Assembly (NCBI GenBank): GCA_014075295.1
Contig: CP046180.1
Span: 954,458 to 1,018,457 of the forward strand
Reading direction: 5' to 3'
Source of the DNA: Candidatus Mycalebacterium zealandia
GTDB taxonomy: Bacteria; Desulfobacterota_D; UBA1144; Nemesobacterales; Mycalebacteriaceae
Length of the DNA: 64,000 nt
Below the pieces are notes generated by a model, which saw only the letters and a program-made list of their open reading frames with translations, was not told where the DNA came from and did not search any database. Below, piece by piece: positions 57,544 to 64,000 of the stretch (the stretch's first letter is position 1; each line of letters starts with the position of its first letter). A program made the translations under genes and the position numbers.

Positions 57544-57927
57544 CTATTTTTTGCTAACCTTGTTTTTCTTTGCTATCGCCGTACCTCTGGGACCCTTCCT
57601 TGTTCTCGCGTTCGCCTTTGTTTTCTGTCCGCGCACCGGAAGCCCCATCCGGTGTCTTATTCCCCTGTAACATCCAATCTCCACCAGACGCTTGATGTTC
57701 ATTTGCACATCTTTGCGCAAATCACCCTCAACAACGCATTTTTCTTCAATAAAATTCCTGATGTTCGCCAACTCTTTGTCGTTCAGATCTTTAGCCCGCT
57801 TCGTTGGGTCTATTTTCAAAGAATCCACTATGTCTCCGGCCATGGCTCTGCCTATCCCGTATATGTGGGTCAAAGCGAACTGAACCCTCTTTTCCGAGGG
57901 GATATCTATTCCCGCTATTCTTGGCAT
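57544..57927 (-). CDS. rpsM: 30S ribosomal protein S13
   Basis: MPRIAGID, YGIG, GLPVRGQKTKANARTRKG. Confidence 0.98.
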   Translation of the reverse strand: MPRIAGIDIPSEKRVQFALTHIYGIGRAMAGDIVDSLKIDPTKRAKDLNDKELANIRNFIEEKCVVEGDLRKDVQMNIKRLVEIGCYRGIRHRMGLPVRGQKTKANARTRKGPRGTAIAKKNKVSKK

Positions 57928-57929
57928 CT

Positions 57930-58043
57930 CTACCCCTGTCTCTGCTTACAACGTTTGTTTACGCAGATAACCCTCACTACGCCTCTGCGCTTGATAATCC
58001 TGCACTTGTTACAGATTTTTTTTACTGATGACCTTACCTTCAA
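57930..58043 (-). CDS. rpmJ: 50S ribosomal protein L36
   Basis: Manual translation from [40 protein letters not shown]; below the ORF-track length cutoff. Confidence 0.95.
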   Translation of the reverse strand: MKVRSSVKKICNKCRIIKRRGVVRVICVNKRCKQRQG

Positions 58044-58282
58044 TTTACCCTGTCCGTCCTCATTCTGTATGTAATCCTGCCACGCGACAAATCGTACGGA
58101 GAAATTTCAATCTTTACCTTGTCGCCTGGAACAATTCTCACAAACCTCGACCTCGCTCTTCTCATCTTACCTGAAACATATGCTAAAACCTTTCTACCAT
58201 TTCCCATTTCCACTCTGAACATGGCGTTTGGCAACGCCTCAACAACCGTTCCCTCAAATTCAACTGCGTCTCCCTTTGGCAT
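58040..58282 (-). CDS. infA: Translation initiation factor IF-1
   Basis: [33 protein letters not shown]. Confidence 0.96.
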   Translation of the reverse strand: MPKGDAVEFEGTVVEALPNAMFRVEMGNGRKVLAYVSGKMRRARSRFVRIVPGDKVKIEISPYDLSRGRITYRMRTDRVN

Positions 58283-58306
58283 TAAAACATCTGTCCTCAA
58301 CTGCTC

Positions 58307-59068
58307 CTAATTAAAACTCGTGAGCACTTCCGGACCATTTTCCGTTATGGCAACCGTGTGCTCAAAATGAGCGGACATTTTACCATCACTTGTAACAACA
58401 GTCCAATTATCAGACAAAGTTTTTATATCCGCTTCCCCTTCGTTAACCATTGGTTCTATCGCCAAAGCCATGCCGGGACGCAGTATCGGACCTGCTCCCG
58501 CCCCTCCGGGGGGAAGAAAATTCGGCACTTGCGGCTCTTCGTGAAGATTTTCACCAATGCCGTGCCCAACAAACGCTTTTACGACCGAAAAGCCCTTATT
58601 TTCAGCGTGTTGCTGTATGGTTTCGGATATATAATAGAGTCGTTTTGAGGGAAACGCCTTCTCTATGCCCCTGTCAAGAGACTCTTTGGCGGCTTGAAGA
58701 AGTTTCTCAGTCCGTGGTGTTGTTGTGCCGATGGGAACAGTTATGGCGGAATCGCCGTAAAACCCGTCCACAAAAGCGCCGAAGTCAATTCCCACAATGT
58801 CGCCGTCTTTAAGTATTCTGTCTTTTGAAGGTATGCCGTGAACAACTTCGTCATTTACCGAAGCGCAAATTGAACACGGAAAATCCATATACCCCTTGAA
58901 AGCAGGTCTGGCAGAGCGTTTCTCGGCAATTTCCTCGGCGATTCGGTTGAGTTCCCATGTGGAAACACCCTCACGTACGGTTTCGCTGAGTTTTTCAAGA
59001 ACCTCGGATACAACCGAAGCCGCAACCTTCATTCCGTTAAATTTCCGTTTTATTTCACCCGCGGTCAT
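58307..59068 (-). CDS. map: Methionine aminopeptidase type I
   Basis: SVNDEVVHGIP, GHGIG..LHEEP, AIEPM, SAHFEHT. Confidence 0.97.
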   Translation of the reverse strand: MTAGEIKRKFNGMKVAASVVSEVLEKLSETVREGVSTWELNRIAEEIAEKRSARPAFKGYMDFPCSICASVNDEVVHGIPSKDRILKDGDIVGIDFGAFVDGFYGDSAITVPIGTTTPRTEKLLQAAKESLDRGIEKAFPSKRLYYISETIQQHAENKGFSVVKAFVGHGIGENLHEEPQVPNFLPPGGAGAGPILRPGMALAIEPMVNEGEADIKTLSDNWTVVTSDGKMSAHFEHTVAITENGPEVLTSFN

Positions 59069-59071
59069 GTG

Positions 59072-59635
59072 TTACAATCCCGAAACCACCGAATTGATTC
59101 TTTCCCTGACATCATCAATGGTTCCCGTTCCCTCTATGTCATTAAAAATCCCTTTTGACCTGTAATAGTCGGCAAGCGGAAGTGTCTGTTTGCGATAAAC
59201 GTCAAGACGGTTTCGTATAACGCCTTCGTTGTCATCTTCGCGCCCCTCCAGTTCCGCCCTCTTCAAAAGCCTTTCCACAACTTCGTCCTCGTCCACTTTG
59301 AGGTACAAAACCGCCTCAATAAATAGATTCTGACTCTCAAGCATGCCATCAAGCGAGCGCGCCTGCTCAATTGTTCTCGGAAAGCCATCAAACAGAAAAC
59401 CGGCCCCGTCCAAGCTGCCTATCTTCTCTCTGATAATATCTATGACAACCTCGTCCGGCACCAGTTCGCCCTTGTCCATGTAGCTTTTTGCCATCACTCC
59501 CGTTTCGGTTTGCCTCTTCACGGCATCTCTGAGTAAATCACCCGTGGATATGTGCTCCGCGTTGTAGGTGCTCGTGATAAAACTGGCTTGAGTCCCTTTT
59601 CCCGCTCCCGGCGGTCCGAATATTATCAAATTCAT
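59072..59635 (-). CDS. adk: Adenylate kinase (short-LID type)
   Basis: GPPGAGKGTQA, ISTGDLLR, DGFPRT, GREDD; start at ATG 59635. Confidence 0.96.
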   Translation of the reverse strand: MNLIIFGPPGAGKGTQASFITSTYNAEHISTGDLLRDAVKRQTETGVMAKSYMDKGELVPDEVVIDIIREKIGSLDGAGFLFDGFPRTIEQARSLDGMLESQNLFIEAVLYLKVDEDEVVERLLKRAELEGREDDNEGVIRNRLDVYRKQTLPLADYYRSKGIFNDIEGTGTIDDVRERINSVVSGL

Positions 59636-59651
59636 AATTTCACCCGGTTTT

Positions 59652-60983
59652 TTAAAAACGTTTCCTACGACGGCCGCCCTGCCCTCGTGGGCGGCGTGCC
59701 CCACCACCGCCACCCGCAGTTGCGAATGAATCATAATTGCGAGTTATCACAAAAGACTGAACGCGCTGCATAAAATCAAGCGTTACGCCGATTATAATCA
59801 GAAGCGATGTGCCGCCGAAATAAAACGGCAGGTTGAAAGGATCCCTCTGGAGAAAACTCGGCAACACACAAACGGCTACAAGATAGATTGAGCCGATAAG
59901 GGTGATTTTGTTCAGAATTGAGCCGATATACTCCGAAGTTTTCGCCCCGGGTCTTATCCCCGGCACATTTGCCCCGCTGTTTTTAATGTTGTCTGAAAGG
60001 TCATTCGGATCATACACAATTCCTGTGTAAAAAAATGAAAAGAAAATAATAAGAACCGCAAAGACAATGTTGTAAACAAAGGGGTTTTGTATCACCTCCT
60101 CCGAAATTGTTCTCATAAAAGGCGTGTCCGTAATGGCGACTAAAGTCGCCGGAAATATAAGAAGCGAAGACGCAAAGATGGGCGGAATAACCCCCGAAGG
60201 ATTGATTTTAAGAGGAAGATGCGTCGTGCCGCCTTCCATCATTTTTCTTCCCATAACCTTTCTGGGGTGCTGAATGGGAATCTTCCTTGAAGCGGTCTCA
60301 ACAAAAACAATTATTGCCATCACAAAAACCAGAAAAACAAAGATTAAAAGCATTCCGAGCACGGTTATGTCTCCCACACGCACAAGCCGCAGCATGTTCC
60401 ACAGAGCGCCGGGGGTGCCAGCAAGAATTGACATTGTGATTATCAGAGAAACGCCGTTTCCTATACCCTTCTCAGATATCTGTTCTCCGAGCCACATAAC
60501 AAGCATCGAGCCTGAGGTGAGCGTCAAAATTGTGCTCAGGCGAAAGCCGAGCCCCGGTGCTTCGGCAGCCCCGGTTTCAAGAGCGAGAGTAAGAACGGTT
60601 GCCTGAATAATTGAGATCGGTACCGTGCCGTAGCGTGAATACTGGTTGATTTTTCTCCTTCCCGCCTGCCCCTCTTCTTTTTGAAGAGCTTCAAGAGAAG
60701 GAATCGCCTTGACCATAAGCGACATAAGAATTGAAGCCGTAATGTAGGGAATTACCCCAAGGGCAAAAATCGACGCCTGTTCAAGGGCGCCGCCCGAAAA
60801 CACATTAAAAAGGTCAAACGCCGTTCCGCTCGTCCTTTCAAAAAGCTGAGTGATTTGCGCCGGAGATATGCCCGGAACCGGAATAAAAACTCCGAGCCTG
60901 TAAACAATTAGAATAAACAGCGTAAAAAGCAGTCTTCTGTTCAGTTCCGAAATACGGGGAATTCCAGAAGCAGACGCGCTCAT
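59652..60983 (-). CDS. secY: Preprotein translocase subunit SecY
   Basis: SIFALGVIPYITASI, GIGNGVSLII, PGIRPG, GGTSLLI. Confidence 0.98.
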   Translation of the reverse strand: MSASASGIPRISELNRRLLFTLFILIVYRLGVFIPVPGISPAQITQLFERTSGTAFDLFNVFSGGALEQASIFALGVIPYITASILMSLMVKAIPSLEALQKEEGQAGRRKINQYSRYGTVPISIIQATVLTLALETGAAEAPGLGFRLSTILTLTSGSMLVMWLGEQISEKGIGNGVSLIITMSILAGTPGALWNMLRLVRVGDITVLGMLLIFVFLVFVMAIIVFVETASRKIPIQHPRKVMGRKMMEGGTTHLPLKINPSGVIPPIFASSLLIFPATLVAITDTPFMRTISEEVIQNPFVYNIVFAVLIIFFSFFYTGIVYDPNDLSDNIKNSGANVPGIRPGAKTSEYIGSILNKITLIGSIYLVAVCVLPSFLQRDPFNLPFYFGGTSLLIIIGVTLDFMQRVQSFVITRNYDSFATAGGGGGARRPRGQGGRRRKRF

Positions 60984-61411
60984 ACAATCTCTACCTTGCC
61001 GCCGGAACGCTCTATTTTTTCCATTGAAGAGCTGCTCGCGGCGTCAACCTTGAGAGTCAGTTTCTTTTCAGTTTTTCCATTGCCGAGAAGTTTTACGGGG
61101 CGTTTTCCGCTTATAAGGCGTTTCTGGACAAGCGCCTCGGTATCCACTGTGGCGCCGTCTTCAAAACGCTCAAGCGCGCTTATATTTACGGTGTCGTAGG
61201 AAACCTTGAACCTGTTTTTGAAACCTCTTTTCGGAATCCTCATTTTCAGGGGTGTCTGTCCACCCTCAAACCAGCGCGAGACTCCTTTTCCGGAACGCGA
61301 CCCCTGCCCATTCTGTCCGCGTCCGGCGGTTTTTCCTTTTGAACCGGCTCCCCTTCCAACTCTCTGGCGGGACTTGGCTGAACCGGCGGGTTTTGGTAAT
61401 CTGTCAAGCAT
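60980..61411 (-). CDS. rplO: 50S ribosomal protein L15
   Basis: RVGRG.GS.GKTAGRG, FEGGQTPL, PKRGF. Confidence 0.97.
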   Translation of the reverse strand: MLDRLPKPAGSAKSRQRVGRGAGSKGKTAGRGQNGQGSRSGKGVSRWFEGGQTPLKMRIPKRGFKNRFKVSYDTVNISALERFEDGATVDTEALVQKRLISGKRPVKLLGNGKTEKKLTLKVDAASSSSMEKIERSGGKVEIV

Positions 61412-61425
61412 TTCAGTTTAAACCT

Positions 61426-61971
61426 CTAAAACTTGTAATACGGAGGAAGATCAAGATCGGAAACTTCCTTTTCGCGCTCAAGCGCGACCTGCTCCGGAAG
61501 TGTAAGTTGGGAAAGCGCTTTTATGGTCGCCGCCACAACATTAATGGGATTTCTTGAGCCTACAACCTTGGAAAGAATATCACTGATACCCGCAAGGTCC
61601 GCGACCGCGCGAACGGGGCCTCCGGAAATAACTCCCGTTCCCGGAGCCGCCGGCAGAAGCACGACACGGCTTGATGAACTCTCACACGAAACCTCGTGCG
61701 GTATGGTTGAACCGTGCAGAGAAACTTTTATAAGATTTTTGCGCGCTTTGTCCGTTCCTTTCTTAATCGCGTTCGGGACTTCGTTTGACTTGCCCAGCCC
61801 GTAACCCACTATGCCGTTGCCGTTGCCGACAACCGTCATCGCGGTGAAATGGAAACGTTTTCCGCCCTTTGTAACCTTGGCGACACGCCTGATGTCAACT
61901 ACTTTCTCTTCCAGTTCAAGCCCCGCGGGGTCAACGAAACCGGAACCCGTAATACTGTTATTAGAACTCAA
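61426..61971 (-). CDS. rpsE: 30S ribosomal protein S5
   Basis: RVAKVTKGGKRF, PAAPGTGVISGG, GSRNPINVV. Confidence 0.97.
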   Translation of the reverse strand: MSSNNSITGSGFVDPAGLELEEKVVDIRRVAKVTKGGKRFHFTAMTVVGNGNGIVGYGLGKSNEVPNAIKKGTDKARKNLIKVSLHGSTIPHEVSCESSSSRVVLLPAAPGTGVISGGPVRAVADLAGISDILSKVVGSRNPINVVAATIKALSQLTLPEQVALEREKEVSDLDLPPYYKF

Positions 61972-62326
61972 GACCTTTCTCCCTTAAACCTGCGGCGAGT
62001 GACTTCACCCTTCCGTGAAACGGATATCCGCCTCTGTCAAAAACTACTTTTTTCACTCCGCCCGCGACTGAAACCTCTCCGAGATATTCGCCGACCGCTT
62101 TTGCCTGCTCCACCTTTGAATCCTTCTCACTGATGTTTTTTTTGACTTCAGGAGTAAGTGAAGACGCGGCAAACATTGTTCTTCCGACTACATCGTCAAC
62201 AATCTGGGCGTAGATATATCTGGAGGATTTGAAAACGCACAGCCTCGGAACACTCATTGTGCCGGACACTTTTCTCCTTATCCTTTTATGCCTTCTGTTT
62301 CTCAGAGTTTTCCTGTCCCTAATCAT
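61961..62326 (-). CDS. rplR: 50S ribosomal protein L18
   Basis: PRLCVFKS, VVFDRGGYPFHGRV. Confidence 0.97.
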   Translation of the reverse strand: MIRDRKTLRNRRHKRIRRKVSGTMSVPRLCVFKSSRYIYAQIVDDVVGRTMFAASSLTPEVKKNISEKDSKVEQAKAVGEYLGEVSVAGGVKKVVFDRGGYPFHGRVKSLAAGLREKGLEF

Positions 62327-62868
62327 TTCTTCACACCTGATTTTCCGGGCTTCAATCTTATATTTTCGCCGGCAAATCTCACGCCTTTCCCTTTGTAAGC
62401 GTCAGGCTCGCGTAGTTTTCTTATATTCGCCGCCGCCTCGCCGACAACCTGTTTGTTAATCCCCTCAAGTGTCAGCCTTGTTCCCCGTCCTTCCACTTTC
62501 GCCGTTACACCCTGAGGCAACGAGAATGTGATGGGGTGGGAATAACCAAGCGACATCTTAAGCGAGTCTTTACCCGACATCTCGGCTTTATATCCCGTGC
62601 CGACTATCTCAAGCGTTCTCGTAAATCCTTCGGAAACGCCCTGAACGGAATTCGCTATGAGCATTCTTACAAGACCATGGTGGGATTTCATTTTCTTTGT
62701 TTCATCCGTTTTCACATTTACAAACCCGTCTGCGATTTCAACACTTAGGCCTTCGGGAACCCTAACCGGCAACTCGCCTTTGGGCCCCTTTACGCTGAGA
62801 AGACCGCCTGACTGGCTGATGTCAACCTTTTCCGGTAACGGCACTGGTTTGTTTCCTATTCTTGACAT
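62323..62868 (-). CDS. rplF: 50S ribosomal protein L6
   Basis: MSRIGNKP, LGYSHP, EPDAYKGKGV. Confidence 0.97.
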   Translation of the reverse strand: MSRIGNKPVPLPEKVDISQSGGLLSVKGPKGELPVRVPEGLSVEIADGFVNVKTDETKKMKSHHGLVRMLIANSVQGVSEGFTRTLEIVGTGYKAEMSGKDSLKMSLGYSHPITFSLPQGVTAKVEGRGTRLTLEGINKQVVGEAAANIRKLREPDAYKGKGVRFAGENIRLKPGKSGVKK

Positions 62869-62875
62869 ATTAAAC

Positions 62876-63268
62876 TCACACCACAGTGCAGATAACTTCT
62901 CCACCTATGCCCATGTCTCTGGCGTGGCGACCAGTCATTATACCTTTTGAAGTTGAAAGTATCGCAGTGCCCATGCCCGTAACAACACGAGGAATTCTGT
63001 CTTTTCCTACGTAAATCCTTCCACTGGGTTTGCTCACTCTTTTGAAGTTTTTGATTCCCGGAGCACCCTGCGTAGAGTATTTGAGTTTGACCACAATCTC
63101 CTTCTTCACACCTTCTCCCGAGATATTAAAATCGGCGATATACCCTTCTTCCTTCAACACCCTTCCTATCTCAACCTTGATGTTGGAGTGTGGAATCAAA
63201 ACCTCGGCGTGCCGGACCATAAGGGCGTTTTTTATTCTCGCAAGCATGTCTGCTATTGGATCTGTCAT
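62876..63268 (-). CDS. rpsH: 30S ribosomal protein S8
   Basis: MTDPIADMLARIKNA, SKPSGRIY, STSKGIM, GGEVIC. Confidence 0.98.
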   Translation of the reverse strand: MTDPIADMLARIKNALMVRHAEVLIPHSNIKVEIGRVLKEEGYIADFNISGEGVKKEIVVKLKYSTQGAPGIKNFKRVSKPSGRIYVGKDRIPRVVTGMGTAILSTSKGIMTGRHARDMGIGGEVICTVV

Positions 63269-63285
63269 TCTTACCTTCCCGCAAG

Positions 63286-63471
63286 TTAGAAACTTGCTTT
63301 TCTCACTCCCACGATTTCACCCCGGCTCGCAAGTTCCCTGAAACACAGACGGCACATACCGAACTGTCTTAAGAAAGCCCTCGGCCTCCCGCACAAAGAA
63401 CAACGGTTAACCTTGCGAACCTTGTATTTCGGTTTCCTCAGAGATTTTTCCCAAAGCGCTTTTCTTGCCAT
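63286..63471 (-). CDS. rpsZ: 30S ribosomal protein S14, zinc-binding (type Z)
   Basis: 61 aa, RCSLCGR…MCRLCFR. Confidence 0.95.
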   Translation of the reverse strand: MARKALWEKSLRKPKYKVRKVNRCSLCGRPRAFLRQFGMCRLCFRELASRGEIVGVRKASF

Positions 63472-64000
63472 TATTCAGTCTCCCGGGCAAAGGGCATGCC
63501 CATTTCTTCAAGAAGCACTTTTGCCTCTTCGTTACTATTTGAAGTTGTTACAAAGGTTATATTGAGCCCCTTCACCCTTGAAACCTTGCTGTAATCAATT
63601 TCGAGGAAGATGATGTGCTCCCTTATTCCCAGCGTGTAGTTTCCTCCGCCGTCAAATGAAGTCAAACTCACTCCTCTGAAATCCCTTACTCTCGGCAGCG
63701 CAAGATTCACAAAACGGTCAAAAAACTCGTACATCATTTTCCCTCTGAGTGTAACTGCGCAACCAATCGGCAGACCTTCACGGAGTTTGAAGCCCGCTAT
63801 GGATTTTTTGGACTTTGTAATAATAGGCTTTTGACCGGCAATAAGAGCAAGTTCCTGCACAGCTTCATCAACCACATTCTTGTTGCGCCCCGCCTCGCTC
63901 AAGCGGCCGAGTCCCATGTTCAAAACAACGCGCTCAAGGCGCGGAACCATCATTGAGTTTGAGTAAGAATTCCTTTCCATAATCCGGGGAATCACTTGCT
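63471..64000 (-). CDS. rplE: 50S ribosomal protein L5 (5' end outside the window)
   Basis: [25 protein letters not shown]. Confidence 0.97.
   Translation of the reverse strand, partial: QVIPRIMERNSYSNSMMVPRLERVVLNMGLGRLSEAGRNKNVVDEAVQELALIAGQKPIITKSKKSIAGFKLREGLPIGCAVTLRGKMMYEFFDRFVNLALPRVRDFRGVSLTSFDGGGNYTLGIREHIIFLEIDYSKVSRVKGLNITFVTTSNSNEEAKVLLEEMGMPFARETE

Overview
Bacterial chromosomal window of roughly 50% GC (estimated by eye), densely coding and mostly on the minus strand. It is dominated by housekeeping genes: nnr-tsaE, lysC-cimA, tig-clpP-clpX, ilvBNC-psd-pssA, an isolated nuoJKL block, trpF-trpB-(gtrA)-trpA, gltA, ptsP, pyrG, rdgB, ssrA/smpB, alr plus mlaEFD, metF, pdxH, and the distal spc/alpha ribosomal protein cluster (rplE to rplQ, with no rpmD). 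There are five tRNAs (Ser, Asp, Val, Leu, Lys) and one tmRNA. Gene content and order suggest a Gram-negative deltaproteobacteria-like lineage, possibly Candidatus Dadabacteria (inference, unverified). The main accessory signals are: (1) two AT-rich genes, an AbiJ/HEPN-like gene and an HNH nuclease fused to an uncharacterised Trp/Arg/His-rich domain, sitting at the two ends of the nuoJKL block; (2) a decaying TPR cluster between smpB and ssrA, including a trypsin-TPR gene split by a single in-frame TAG; (3) an exported aromatic-repeat protein encoded inside the Mla operon; (4) an internally deleted gene remnant next to tRNA-Leu; (5) a structured ilvB leader; and (6) several apparently leaderless promoters. 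No CRISPR array, rRNA, transposase or integrase was seen.
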